From: an uncultured SAR86 cluster bacterium
Lineage (GTDB): Bacteria; Pseudomonadota; Gammaproteobacteria; Magnimaribacterales; AG-339-G14
Assembly: GCA_902625415.1 (NCBI GenBank)
Contig: CACOBG010000002.1
Location: 21,783 to 85,782, forward strand
DNA length: 64,000 nt
Direction: 5' to 3'
The translations under genes were made by a program, and so were the position numbers. The notes beneath the pieces were generated by a model. That model was not told where the DNA came from and made no database searches. It worked only from the letters and a program-made list of their open reading frames with translations. Below, in pieces: positions 51,537 to 62,766 of the stretch; the stretch's first letter is position 1, and each line of letters opens with the position of its first letter.

Positions 51537-52799
51537 ATGCATTTAGGGGAACTTAAAGCAAAACCAGTCGAAGAATTACTCACGATCGCTGAGGGTATGG
51601 GCATTGAAAACTTGTCTCGTCAAAAAAAACAAGATGTCATTTTCAATATTTTAAAAACTCATTCCAATGGTGGAGAAGACATTGAAGGTGAAGGAGTCTT
51701 AGAAATTTTAAACGATGGGTTCGGATTTTTAAGATCACCATCATCCTCTTACCTTGCCGGCCCCGATGATATATACGTCTCACCAAGTCAAATTCGAAGA
51801 TTCGGTTTAAAAACAGGCGATTCTGTTTCTGGAAACATTAGACCTCCAAAAGATGGTGAAAGATATTTCGCTTTGCTCAAGATAGATCAAATAAATTTTG
51901 AACCTTCCGATAAAACAAAAAATAAAGTTGCTTTTGAAAACCTCACACCTTTATTTCCGGAAGAAAGAATCATCATGGAGTCTGGAAATGGAACCACTGA
52001 AGATCTTTCTGCAAGAATAATTGATTTAGTATCTCCCACAGGAAAGGGCCAAAGAGGACTGATTGTCTCACCTCCAAAAGCTGGTAAAACTCTTTTAATG
52101 CAATCAATTGCGCATTCTATTGAAAAGAATAGTCCTGAAAGTAAATTGATGGTTTTACTTGTTGATGAGAGACCGGAAGAAGTTACAGATATGAAAAGAT
52201 CTGTCAGGGGAGAAGTTGTTGCAAGTACTTTTGATGAGCCTCCTTCGCGGCACGTGCAGGTTGCAGAAATGGTCATTGCTAAGGCTAAAAGACTCGTCGA
52301 AAAGAAACACGACGTTATAATTTTGCTCGATTCTATTACCAGATTGGCAAGAGCTTACAATTCAACTCAAGCAGCTTCAGGAAAAATATTAACTGGAGGA
52401 GTAGATGCCAATGCTTTGGAAAAACCAAAAAGATTTTTCGGAGCAGCCAGAAACATAGAAGGTGGCGGCAGCTTGACGATTATTGCAACCGCATTAATTG
52501 ATACCGGTTCCAGAATGGATGAGGTAATTTTTGAAGAATTCAAAGGTACCGGTAATCAAGAAATTCATCTTGATCGAGCTATTGCTGAAAAAAGAATTTT
52601 CCCTGCAATCAATATCCGCAGGTCTGGCACTAGAAGAGAAGAACTTATTACCGATGATGCAGAACTTGCAAGAATTAATATCTTGAGAAAACTCCTTCAT
52701 GAGATGGAAGATATTGATGCTACTGATTGGTTAATTGATAAGTTAAGTAAGCATAAAACCAACAGCGAATTCTTCGATTCTATGAAGAAAGGCAAATAA
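51537..52799 (+). CDS. rho: Transcription termination factor Rho
   Basis: [35 protein letters not shown]. Confidence 0.97.
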   Translation: MHLGELKAKPVEELLTIAEGMGIENLSRQKKQDVIFNILKTHSNGGEDIEGEGVLEILNDGFGFLRSPSSSYLAGPDDIYVSPSQIRRFGLKTGDSVSGNIRPPKDGERYFALLKIDQINFEPSDKTKNKVAFENLTPLFPEERIIMESGNGTTEDLSARIIDLVSPTGKGQRGLIVSPPKAGKTLLMQSIAHSIEKNSPESKLMVLLVDERPEEVTDMKRSVRGEVVASTFDEPPSRHVQVAEMVIAKAKRLVEKKHDVIILLDSITRLARAYNSTQAASGKILTGGVDANALEKPKRFFGAARNIEGGGSLTIIATALIDTGSRMDEVIFEEFKGTGNQEIHLDRAIAEKRIFPAINIRRSGTRREELITDDAELARINILRKLLHEMEDIDATDWLIDKLSKHKTNSEFFDSMKKGK

Positions 52800-53361
52800 C
52801 TTCTGCTAAAACATAACTTTTTTTCCCTAAGCTTTTTTTCTTTTTCAAATTCAAAGATTGAGGAATTTCTAGATCTAATTTTTTTTCGAATTCAAAATAA
52901 ATTTGTCCATTTTTAGATAAGAGTTCTTTCTCTAATATAGCGGTAAGCAAATCATGAATTAAATTTTTGTTAAATGGTGGATCTATGAAAATCAAATCAT
53001 ATTTAGTTCCAGAATTATTGTTTTGTATCCATTCCAAACACTCCGCACAAAAGAAATCGCAATCTGCTTTTTCACTCATTTCTAGATAAACTTTTTTAAT
53101 TTTTTGCAGATACTCTTTATTTCTCTCTACAAAAGTTACTTTTTCAGCACCTCTTGAGAAAGCTTCAAAACCTAATGCTCCTGTTCCAGAAAAGAGGTCC
53201 AGACAATACATTTTTTTCAAATCCTGTCCCAGCCAATTAAACAAGGTTTCTTTTGCTCTATCCGGAGTAGGTCTTAAATCATCATTCAGATCAAAGTAAA
53301 TTTTCTTACCTTTCCATTTTCCTCCAATGATTCTTATTTCGCCTTTTTTTTCTTTCTTCAT
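52780..53361 (-). CDS. rsmD: 16S rRNA m2G966 methyltransferase
   Basis: [34 protein letters not shown]. Confidence 0.93.
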   Translation of the reverse strand: MKKEKKGEIRIIGGKWKGKKIYFDLNDDLRPTPDRAKETLFNWLGQDLKKMYCLDLFSGTGALGFEAFSRGAEKVTFVERNKEYLQKIKKVYLEMSEKADCDFFCAECLEWIQNNNSGTKYDLIFIDPPFNKNLIHDLLTAILEKELLSKNGQIYFEFEKKLDLEIPQSLNLKKKKSLGKKSYVLAEVICLSS

Positions 53362-53417
53362 TTCATTTATGATATTACATGAGATAATTCAGTTTTAAAT
53401 TTACCTACTCATTTACT

Positions 53418-53876
53418 TTGAAAGAAAAATTTCTAGAAGTTCTTAGAACTACAAAACAAAATGTTTTTGTTTTAGCTGCTGAAAATGATGACCAGCGTCA
53501 TGCAATGACTGTGTCATCGGTTTTTTCTGTCTCTCTTGAACCAATGTCTATGGCAGTGAGTGTCAATCAAAGCGCAAGCCTGCATGATCTTTTGATGGAA
53601 GAAACTAAATTCTCTTTAAATTTATTAACTGCTGATCAAGCAGATATCGCTGAAATATGCAGTGGTGCTGAAGAGGGGCAAATTAGATTCAATCATCCTG
53701 ACTGGAACCTAGAAAAGATTCCATATTTACAAAGCGCACAATCAAATTTATTTTGCACATGCAAAAAAATAGTCCCTTTGTATTCTCATTCTTTGGTAAT
53801 AGGCGAAGTAGACGATATATTTCATTCAGGAAAAACAGACCCGTTGATCTATCAAGACGGTAAATATGAATCATAA
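53418..53876 (+). CDS. Flavin reductase-like protein
   Basis: MTVSS..SVSLEP, HSLVIGEV, PLIY. Confidence 0.82.
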   Translation: MKEKFLEVLRTTKQNVFVLAAENDDQRHAMTVSSVFSVSLEPMSMAVSVNQSASLHDLLMEETKFSLNLLTADQADIAEICSGAEEGQIRFNHPDWNLEKIPYLQSAQSNLFCTCKKIVPLYSHSLVIGEVDDIFHSGKTDPLIYQDGKYES

Positions 53877-56187
53877 AAAAACTTTAGTTTTAGTTTTCTC
53901 GCTATTACCGAGCTTTTTGTTCGCCTCCATTACCGTTGACGGAAAGTTAGATGAACCGGAATGGCGTAAGGCGCAATTAATAAGTGATTTTGTAACCGTT
54001 TATCCAAATGACAAATCAAAGCCAAAGTTTAAAACCGAAGTGAGGGTTTTCTCTGACGATAAGGGAATATATTTTGGATTTACAAATGAACAACCTATTG
54101 AAACACACACACCTTTAAAACATCCAAGGGACAAGTGGTTTGTTGATGCTGATAGAAATTTCATCATGATAGATTTTGATGGCAATGCTACCGTGGGATA
54201 TGAATTTTCTGTAACTCTTGGCGATACATTGAGAGATGCGATTGTAACCAATGAGAATGAAATGTCAGATAGTTGGGATGCTATTTGGTATGCAAAAACA
54301 TTTCAAACAGATTCCGCTTGGTTTTCTGAATTCTTTATTCCTTGGGAGGTAGCTCCTATGAATGTGGTTGAAGGAAAAAAAAGAGAAGTTAAAGTAACCT
54401 TTGTCAGAAGGCATCACAAAGAAAATAGGTTTTATAATGTTCCTGGATTATGGGCCGAACAATCTCCATTTTTGTCAAGATTTACAAGTATAAAGGTTGA
54501 CAACCCTTCAACAATTAAAACATCTAGGGTTGATTATTTTCCTTATGTGAGTTTTACCAATAACTTTGTTGAGAATAATCGAAACATAAACTTTGGTGGG
54601 GAGATTTTTTGGGATATAAATTCCGAATCAAAATTGGATGTTTCACTAAACCCAGATTTTGGTCAAGTTGAAAGCGATGATTTGATTGTAAACTTCTCTG
54701 CAATTGAAACTTTTTATGAAGACAAAAGACCCTTTTTCACTGAAAATCAAACTCTGTTTGAAATTACCGGATGGAATCTCTATTTTATAAATACAAGAAG
54801 AATTGGTGGGATACCTGACAAATGTTCTCCAACAAACGAAACTCTTAAAGGACAATGTAAAAATAGCCTTATAGATTCTTCTGATATAGATCTCGCTTTG
54901 AGATACTCTCAAAAGTCACAAGAAAATGAATTTGGCTTCTTTTCGGCTTTTGAAGCGAATAGCGTTTATTCATCAGGAAGAGACTATTTTGCAGGTCGCT
55001 ATCGAAGAAATATTTCCGAAGCCAACGGTAAAGTTGGTTATATGGTTACTGCAGTGGATAGACCATCTATCAGTAGAGAAGCATACGTTCATACAATTGA
55101 TTTTGACTTCAAACCTTCTGCTCCAACTAGAGTTTACGGCTGGTTGAGCCAAGCAAGTATCAAAGATAACGATAATGACACAGTGGGGACTGGAGCTCGG
55201 ATAGTAGTCACAAAAGGTTTTTCAGATCAGTTATTCGTTCTTGGCGCGATCAACTACCTAGATGAAGATTTTAATATCAACGATATGGGTTACATTGAGG
55301 AATACAACAAAATCAGCATAGGTGGTTTTCTTCAATACATTCGTCCCATAAAAAATAAAGCTTCAAAAGTTTCTCAAACTATTTTCAAAGTAAACGGTGG
55401 ACACAATAGATCCACAGAAGGTTATGGAAATGGTATTGGCTTCAACACAGAACTTGAATTTTACATGCGTGATAACTCTTACATTAGCTTGAAGTGTAAC
55501 TGTACTCTCAGAAGAGGTAAAAACTCTACTGAAACTAGAGGATTTGCGGCTGCTCCATATATAGAGAGTCTAGCAAACTACGATCTTCAGCTTGCCTACT
55601 TCACACCTAGAACAGATAACATCAGACCATACGTTAAATTCGGTTTGGCTACAGGTGGATACCGAGTGAACGATCAAGATTCAGACTTACAACATGAAAC
55701 AATTAATTTTGGTCTCGGTTTGATTTTGACCAGCTCAAGCCAGTTTAGAACTTCTTTGGATTTCTTTGAATTTCAAAAAGAAAATAATTGGGAAGTTTGG
55801 CAAAAGGAAAACTTATTTGGTTACTACGATAAGGAAATGGTTTCCTCTGGGATAAACATAGATTGGTTTCCAGGCAACAATCAAGAATTTAGATTGAAAG
55901 CATTCATCTATGGTATCAAAGGAAATAACGCCAGAGCCTATAGGGTGAATTCTAGTGGCTACATGACACCATCTTTGGATGATATCAATCCTTTTCAACT
56001 TTCTGAAACTGCATTTCAAATCAGATACAAGTATGAATTCTCACCATTATCCAATTTGTATGTTGTTTACACACGAGGTGGAAAGTCCTCCGGACTTTTA
56101 AGAGATTCTTTTGATGGTCTTTATTCCAATGCTTGGAACGAGCAAACTTTAGACAAATTTATAGTCAAAATAAGATATAAATTTTAA
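53866..56187 (+). CDS. Secreted/outer-membrane protein with CBM9-like N-domain and DUF5916-like region
   Basis: Signal peptide, ITVDGKLDEPEW, W..EFFIPW, NPDFGQVESD, EDKRPFF; alternating aromatic strands and C-terminal YKF beta-signal. Confidence 0.7.
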   Translation: MNHKKTLVLVFSLLPSFLFASITVDGKLDEPEWRKAQLISDFVTVYPNDKSKPKFKTEVRVFSDDKGIYFGFTNEQPIETHTPLKHPRDKWFVDADRNFIMIDFDGNATVGYEFSVTLGDTLRDAIVTNENEMSDSWDAIWYAKTFQTDSAWFSEFFIPWEVAPMNVVEGKKREVKVTFVRRHHKENRFYNVPGLWAEQSPFLSRFTSIKVDNPSTIKTSRVDYFPYVSFTNNFVENNRNINFGGEIFWDINSESKLDVSLNPDFGQVESDDLIVNFSAIETFYEDKRPFFTENQTLFEITGWNLYFINTRRIGGIPDKCSPTNETLKGQCKNSLIDSSDIDLALRYSQKSQENEFGFFSAFEANSVYSSGRDYFAGRYRRNISEANGKVGYMVTAVDRPSISREAYVHTIDFDFKPSAPTRVYGWLSQASIKDNDNDTVGTGARIVVTKGFSDQLFVLGAINYLDEDFNINDMGYIEEYNKISIGGFLQYIRPIKNKASKVSQTIFKVNGGHNRSTEGYGNGIGFNTELEFYMRDNSYISLKCNCTLRRGKNSTETRGFAAAPYIESLANYDLQLAYFTPRTDNIRPYVKFGLATGGYRVNDQDSDLQHETINFGLGLILTSSSQFRTSLDFFEFQKENNWEVWQKENLFGYYDKEMVSSGINIDWFPGNNQEFRLKAFIYGIKGNNARAYRVNSSGYMTPSLDDINPFQLSETAFQIRYKYEFSPLSNLYVVYTRGGKSSGLLRDSFDGLYSNAWNEQTLDKFIVKIRYKF

Positions 56188-56381
56188 GCCTTACAGTTTT
56201 TGCAAAAAAAATTCCCTGAAGACATAACAGATAAGTTTTTTGGTAAATAATCTCCACAAGCAGAGCATTTCACCAACTTTTTATTTTCATTATCCAGATC
56301 AACTTCTTCTTGTTTGAATAGCCTTGCTAAACCAGAAAGAATACCCACAAAGGCAAGGACAATTAATACTTTTAAAAGCAT
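56184..56381 (-). CDS. Small membrane-anchored Cys-rich protein (PP0621-like)
   Basis: N-terminal TM helix, CSACGDYLP...FCKNC; downstream of bamD. Confidence 0.65.
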   Translation of the reverse strand: MLLKVLIVLAFVGILSGLARLFKQEEVDLDNENKKLVKCSACGDYLPKNLSVMSSGNFFCKNCKA

Positions 56382-56383
56382 TT

Positions 56384-57157
56384 CTAGGAATTAGCAGCTG
56401 CTTTTTTTTCAGAAACTTCGATAAATCTTTTTAATACTTCAGCTGCTTGATTTTTCAATTCTTCATCACCCATTAGATCGTAGGCTTGAACTTTAATTTC
56501 TAAAGCTTTTTGTACCACTTCGGAGTTTGGGAGATTCGAAATTATGTAATCTGCTCGTGAAACAGCTGCAATATAAGCTTTTCTTTCAATATAAAATTCT
56601 GCAACTTCTATTTCTTGTTTTGCTATTAAACTTCTAAGGAATAGCATTCTTCTCTTAGCATCTTCAACATAGGAGCTTTCCGGAAATCTTGAAATAAATT
56701 CAGTCAATTCATCGAAGGACTCTTTTGCCTGCGTTAAATCTCTTTTATAAGTCAGTTCTCCCAGCACCGGAACAGTACTCAGTAATTCTTTTTCTTTAGA
56801 GAATTTTGCTAGACCTTTTATATAGTATGCGTAATCTGTATTGGGGTGCCTTGGGTGCAGGCTGATAAATCTTTCTGCCGCAACCACGGAAGCATCGTAA
56901 AGCCCATTTTCATAGTAAGCGTAAATCAGTTCTGCTTGAGCTTGTTCTGCATATTTACCAAATGGAAACCTTCTTTCTAGAGATTCCAGAGCATCGATCG
57001 CCATGGAATAGTTTTTGGATTTTATTCTCTCTTGAGCTTGATCATAAATTTCCTTTTCTAACATAGCAGGTGTCATTGGCTCTCCTTTTTTTTGGGTAGC
57101 GCAACTTACAAAAAAGATTAAGAAAACAGTAAAAAAAAGATTTGAATAAAATTTCAT
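56384..57157 (-). CDS. bamD: Outer membrane protein assembly factor BamD
   Basis: Lipobox FVSC, FPFGKYAEQAQ, HPRHPNTDYAYY; divergent from rluD. Confidence 0.93.
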   Translation of the reverse strand: MKFYSNLFFTVFLIFFVSCATQKKGEPMTPAMLEKEIYDQAQERIKSKNYSMAIDALESLERRFPFGKYAEQAQAELIYAYYENGLYDASVVAAERFISLHPRHPNTDYAYYIKGLAKFSKEKELLSTVPVLGELTYKRDLTQAKESFDELTEFISRFPESSYVEDAKRRMLFLRSLIAKQEIEVAEFYIERKAYIAAVSRADYIISNLPNSEVVQKALEIKVQAYDLMGDEELKNQAAEVLKRFIEVSEKKAAANS

Positions 57158-57179
57158 GAAATAAGTTTATCATTCTGTT
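57158..57179. promoter_or_regulatory. 22-bp bidirectional promoter with two overlapping -10 elements
   Basis: Plus: TATCAT(57168-73)-6 nt-ATG rluD. Minus: TGa-TAAACT(57164-69)-6 nt-ATG bamD. Confidence 0.55.
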
Positions 57180-58136
57180 ATGACGATTAAGAAGGAGAAT
57201 TTAATTACCAGAGAGATAAGTGAATCACTTTCTAACAAACGTTTTGATGTAGTTTTGGCTGAAACTTTTCCAGAATACTCCAGAAGTAGATTAAAAAAAT
57301 GGTTAGAGAATAATCTAGTATCTGTAAATCGAAGAGTTATTAATAAACCCAGTCATAAAATAATTTTTCCAGCAAAACTGCAACTCAGTTTGCCGAACGA
57401 AAATCTCACAGAAGATTTACCAGAACAATTAGACTTAAATATAGTTGAGGCTACTGAAGGATATGTCGTAATAGACAAAAGTCATGGAATGGTGGTGCAT
57501 CCTGGTGCAGGTAATAAATCGGGAACATTATTGAATGCCTTATTGCATGAATATCCTGAATTAAAAAAATTACCAAGAGCAGGAATTGTTCATCGTCTGG
57601 ACAAAGATACTTCGGGACTTATGGTAGTCGCTAAAAATGAATCTGCCATGCAAAGCTTGTCAGAACAAATTTCCAAACGTTCCATCAAAAGGATTTATCA
57701 AGCTTTCACAGTAGGAAGAATTGAAAGGTCTGGAAAAATTGAAGCGCCAATAGGAAGACACCCCAAGAATAGACAAAAACAAGCAATTATTGAATCTGGC
57801 CGAGAAGCTATCTCACAGTTCAAAGTCATAGAAAATTTTGGCTCTTACTCTCATCTTGAAGTTTCCTTGGAAACAGGAAGAACTCATCAAATTAGAGTTC
57901 ATATGAATCATTTGGGTTTTCCTTTAATTGGAGATCCTCTTTACGGCAGGCGCAGAAGATTTGCTAAAAATACTCATCAAAAACTTAGAGAAATAATTGA
58001 AAGGTTTCCTAGACAGGCGCTTCATGCAGCTCAATTGAGTTTCATAGACCCAACAACATCTAAAGAAGTTAGCTTCCAATCAAAATTACCATCTGATTTA
58101 ATCGAATTGAGGGAAAACCTTTTAAATCAGGCATAA
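57180..58136 (+). CDS. rluD: 23S rRNA pseudouridine synthase
   Basis: S4 domain, VVHPGAG, GIVHRLDKDTSG, ETGRTHQIRVH, QALHA. Confidence 0.95.
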   Translation: MTIKKENLITREISESLSNKRFDVVLAETFPEYSRSRLKKWLENNLVSVNRRVINKPSHKIIFPAKLQLSLPNENLTEDLPEQLDLNIVEATEGYVVIDKSHGMVVHPGAGNKSGTLLNALLHEYPELKKLPRAGIVHRLDKDTSGLMVVAKNESAMQSLSEQISKRSIKRIYQAFTVGRIERSGKIEAPIGRHPKNRQKQAIIESGREAISQFKVIENFGSYSHLEVSLETGRTHQIRVHMNHLGFPLIGDPLYGRRRRFAKNTHQKLREIIERFPRQALHAAQLSFIDPTTSKEVSFQSKLPSDLIELRENLLNQA

Positions 58137-58208
58137 TTTCCTTGACTTGCTTACTGGTACTGTCAAAATTCGCTCCCTTAAGAGATTTCTTCAAATTTTT
58201 TTAGAAAA

Positions 58209-59951
58209 ATGGCAAAAGTTATGACATCTGGCGGCGAGGCTTTAATCAAAGCTTTAGCTGACGAAAATGTAGACATCATCTTCGGTTATCCTGGAGGTGC
58301 TGCTTTGCATATTTATGATGCCATCTACCAGCAAGATCGAGTACAACATATCTTGGTGAGACACGAACAAGCCGCTACTCATGCAGCTGACGGTTTTGCT
58401 CGAGCTACTGGTAAACCTGGAGTTTGTTTGGTTACTTCTGGACCTGGAGCAACCAATGCGATTACTGGTATTGCAACTGCATACATGGATTCTATTCCTT
58501 TGGTTGTCATTTCTGGCCAAGTACCGAATCATTTAATAGGTACCGATGCTTTTCAAGAAACCGATATGATGGGTATTTCAAGACCCATTGTTAAACATAG
58601 TTTTCTTGTACAGAAGCCAGAAGAAATTCCGGTTATAGTTAAAAAAGCATTTCACATTGCAACCAGCGGCAGACCTGGACCAGTCGTAATTGATGTCCCA
58701 AAAAACTTAACCGATCCAAATGAAAAGTTTGAGTATAAATTCCCTTCAGATTTATATTTAAGATCATTCGCGTTATACGACGAAGCAAAAAATAGTGAAG
58801 TAAAAAAAGCTGTGAAATTGCTTACCGAGGCAGAAAGACCTGTTATTTATGCTGGTGGTGGGGCTATCAACTCCAATGCTGCAAAAGAAATATATGAGTT
58901 TGGAAAGTTGATGGGTTGTCCTGTTACCAATACTTTAATGGGTCTTGGTGTTTATCCTGCTTCAGACGAGCAGTTTGTTGGTATGTTAGGCATGCATGGT
59001 ACCTATGAAGCAAACATGGTGATGCATGAAGCAGATTTGATCATGGCAATCGGCGCAAGATTTGACGATCGAATTACCAACAATCCAAACAAATTCGGTC
59101 TGCAAGCAAAAAAAATACATATTGATTCCGATCCATCCTCAATAGACAAGATCATAGACGTAGATGTTGCGATGACTGGAAATGCAAAAAAAGTTATTTC
59201 CCAAATCAACAAAGAGTTAAAAGCTATGAATTTTGACAACAAAAAATTTGATGGTTGGATGAAAAAAGCCATGCAGTGGCGGGCGGAACACGGACTCAAT
59301 CACAATATGTTGGATCAAAAAAATCCAAAAGATATCATTTTGCCCCAACAAGTTATTCAGTCCGCTTACAAAGCAACTGATGGTAAGGCTTTTGTTACTT
59401 CGGATGTCGGTCAGCATCAAATGTTCGCGGCACAGTATTATCATTTCAATGAACCCAGGAAATGGATTAATTCAGGCGGCTTAGGCACCATGGGTTTTGG
59501 GTTGCCTGCTGCAATGGGAGTTAAATTTGCTTTTCCTGATGAAACAGTTGCTTGCATCACCGGAGAAGGCAGCATTCAAATGTGTATCCAAGAATTATCT
59601 ACTTGCGGACAATATGGTTTGCCCATCAAGATTATCAATCTCAACAATAGAGCGCTTGGGATGGTTAAACAATGGCAGGATATGCAATATGGTGGTCGAT
59701 ATTCCAGTATCTCTTATGAAGATTCCTTACCGGACTTTATCAAGCTTGCAGAATCCTATGGACATGTTGGCATGAAAGTAGAAAAGCTTTCAGAACTTGA
59801 GTCTGCAATGGAAGAGTGCTTTGCTTTAAAAGACAAATTGGTTTTTCTTGATGTCTATGTTGATCCTGATGAGCATGTCTATCCTATGCTGAAAGCTGGT
59901 GGAGACATGTCAGAAATGTTTTTAAGCAAAACGGAAAAAACTTTCGAATGA
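58209..59951 (+). CDS. ilvI: Acetolactate synthase large subunit
   Basis: FGYPGGA, RHEQAA, TSGPGATN, DVGQHQMF, GEGSIQM. Confidence 0.95.
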   Translation: MAKVMTSGGEALIKALADENVDIIFGYPGGAALHIYDAIYQQDRVQHILVRHEQAATHAADGFARATGKPGVCLVTSGPGATNAITGIATAYMDSIPLVVISGQVPNHLIGTDAFQETDMMGISRPIVKHSFLVQKPEEIPVIVKKAFHIATSGRPGPVVIDVPKNLTDPNEKFEYKFPSDLYLRSFALYDEAKNSEVKKAVKLLTEAERPVIYAGGGAINSNAAKEIYEFGKLMGCPVTNTLMGLGVYPASDEQFVGMLGMHGTYEANMVMHEADLIMAIGARFDDRITNNPNKFGLQAKKIHIDSDPSSIDKIIDVDVAMTGNAKKVISQINKELKAMNFDNKKFDGWMKKAMQWRAEHGLNHNMLDQKNPKDIILPQQVIQSAYKATDGKAFVTSDVGQHQMFAAQYYHFNEPRKWINSGGLGTMGFGLPAAMGVKFAFPDETVACITGEGSIQMCIQELSTCGQYGLPIKIINLNNRALGMVKQWQDMQYGGRYSSISYEDSLPDFIKLAESYGHVGMKVEKLSELESAMEECFALKDKLVFLDVYVDPDEHVYPMLKAGGDMSEMFLSKTEKTFE

Positions 59952-60460
59952 ATCATATTGCCTTGCTAATGGAAAACCAACCCGGAGCTCTATCCAGGGT
60001 GATAGGTTTATTTTCTCAAAGAGGGTACAACATTGATTCTTTATCGGTTGCACCTACACAAGATGAAACTCTGTCCAGATTGACTATGACCATTGGCGAG
60101 GAAGGTGCTGACATCAATCAAATTTTAAAACAGTTATATAAATTGGTTGATGTGGTTATGGTACAAAATTTAAGTGAAGCCGATTCCTTAACTTTAGAAC
60201 TTGCAATAATTAAATTAAATAAGGCTAAGACCGATGTTGAGAGCCTTTTGAAAAATTATGAATTTGAAAGAGAAATTTTAGACGAAAAAGACAACTACAC
60301 AGTTTTCAAAGTACTGGGTGATACTCTAGAAATCGAAAAGTTATTGTCTGAATTGAAGAAAGAAGAATTTTTAGAAGTGACAAGGTCTGGTACCTTAGGC
60401 ATGACCAAAGGCAACGAGTCTTTGGCAACTAATGATCAGACTAAAATCTCTTACGATTAA
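59948..60460 (+). CDS. ilvH: Acetolactate synthase small subunit
   Basis: ENQPGALSRVIGLFSQRGYNIDSL ACT domain; EVTRSG. Confidence 0.92.
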   Translation: MNHIALLMENQPGALSRVIGLFSQRGYNIDSLSVAPTQDETLSRLTMTIGEEGADINQILKQLYKLVDVVMVQNLSEADSLTLELAIIKLNKAKTDVESLLKNYEFEREILDEKDNYTVFKVLGDTLEIEKLLSELKKEEFLEVTRSGTLGMTKGNESLATNDQTKISYD

Positions 60461-61507
<1,047 letters not shown>

Positions 61508-61511
61508 TTTT

Positions 61512-62504
61512 TTAGTTTTCTTCTTCAGAGAGATTTTTAAGTTGCTTCATTAAATTGAAGTGACTGTCATCTCTCATGGGTAGAAAATCATGATCGTATG
61601 CTTTTTCTGGATTCTCTCTGACCCTTCTATCCAATGCTTTTGCATCGGGGCCGATAAGAATTCGCCACTCTTTGGCTTTGACGCCATCCAAAATTACTTT
61701 CGCAGCAGCTTCAGCAGAAGTAATGGCTTTTTCTTTGAAATCTCTTTGTCTATTCATGACCGACTCACGAAACATTTCTAAAGATAAGTTGTGAACTGGC
61801 GCACCCACTTTAATCCATCTATCTTTCATTTCTTGCAGCTCTTCGTCATTAAGATCAGCTATGTCTTTTTGACCCAAGACTTTTCCAGAATTTTCACTAA
61901 TCGAAGTTCCAATATGTCCTGGCATGACCAGAGATACACCAAGGTGTGGCGCATTGATACGAAAGTCGTTTATTAATGCTTCAGTAAAACCTTTAACGGC
62001 AAATTTTGCTGCAGAGTAAGAAGTGTGGGGTTGGGAATGTCCAAGGGTTGCCCAAAAACCATTTACACTACTAGTATTGATCATATGACCTTCTTCGCTT
62101 TTAAGAAGAGCGTCCATAAATGCTCGAGAGCATAAATAAACTCCATCCCAACAAATCTTAAAAGTTCTTTCCCACTCTTCAATTCCAGAAAGAACAAAAC
62201 TTGCGCCACCACCAATACCGGCATTATTAAAAAGTAAATTGATATGCTCGGTTTCTTGTTGCTCTAAAACTTCATCTCTAAAACGCAAGACATCTTCTTC
62301 AGACGATACGTCGCATAAGTGTTTGGTGATTTTTACATGAGGATATTTTTTTGTGGCTTCTTGGAAGGTCTCTTCCATATTTTCTTCTATGACATCGCAA
62401 ATAGAGACATGACAGCCTTCTGCAGCCAATTGATAAGTGAGCTCTCTTCCCATGCCGGTTCCACCACCTGTGATCACCGCAATTTTTCCATCAAAATTTT
62501 CCAT
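61512..62504 (-). CDS. Short-chain dehydrogenase/reductase
   Basis: TGGGTGMG, NNAG, NTSS, YSAAK. Confidence 0.9.
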   Translation of the reverse strand: MENFDGKIAVITGGGTGMGRELTYQLAAEGCHVSICDVIEENMEETFQEATKKYPHVKITKHLCDVSSEEDVLRFRDEVLEQQETEHINLLFNNAGIGGGASFVLSGIEEWERTFKICWDGVYLCSRAFMDALLKSEEGHMINTSSVNGFWATLGHSQPHTSYSAAKFAVKGFTEALINDFRINAPHLGVSLVMPGHIGTSISENSGKVLGQKDIADLNDEELQEMKDRWIKVGAPVHNLSLEMFRESVMNRQRDFKEKAITSAEAAAKVILDGVKAKEWRILIGPDAKALDRRVRENPEKAYDHDFLPMRDDSHFNLMKQLKNLSEEEN

Positions 62505-62620
62505 CTTTCTCCCAAAAAATAATTTTCTAAAGTTTTTTTACTTTACATAGTATCTACTAGAAAAAAAACCTATAATCCTTTTTCCAAGATCAGCAAGATA
62601 AGATTTTTACTTCTAATTTT

Positions 62621-62697
<77 letters not shown>

Positions 62698-62713
62698 ATT
62701 TTAAATTAACGTT

Positions 62714-62742
62714 TTGACACTCAAACTGTCATATCCTATATT
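62714..62742 (+). promoter_or_regulatory. Near-consensus sigma70 promoter of the sulfatase gene
   Basis: TTGACA(62714-19)-17 nt-TATATT(62737-42). Confidence 0.6.
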
Positions 62743-62766
62743 CTTCTCTCAGGGAGAGAATTCAAG

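Noticed and set aside
58137-58208. Possible attenuator leader before ilvI
   Set aside because: No Ile/Val/Leu-rich leader peptide and no terminator hairpin in 72 bp
62523-62605. Short palindromes and CAAGAT repeats upstream of the tRNA
   Set aside because: Short and AT-rich, within chance expectation
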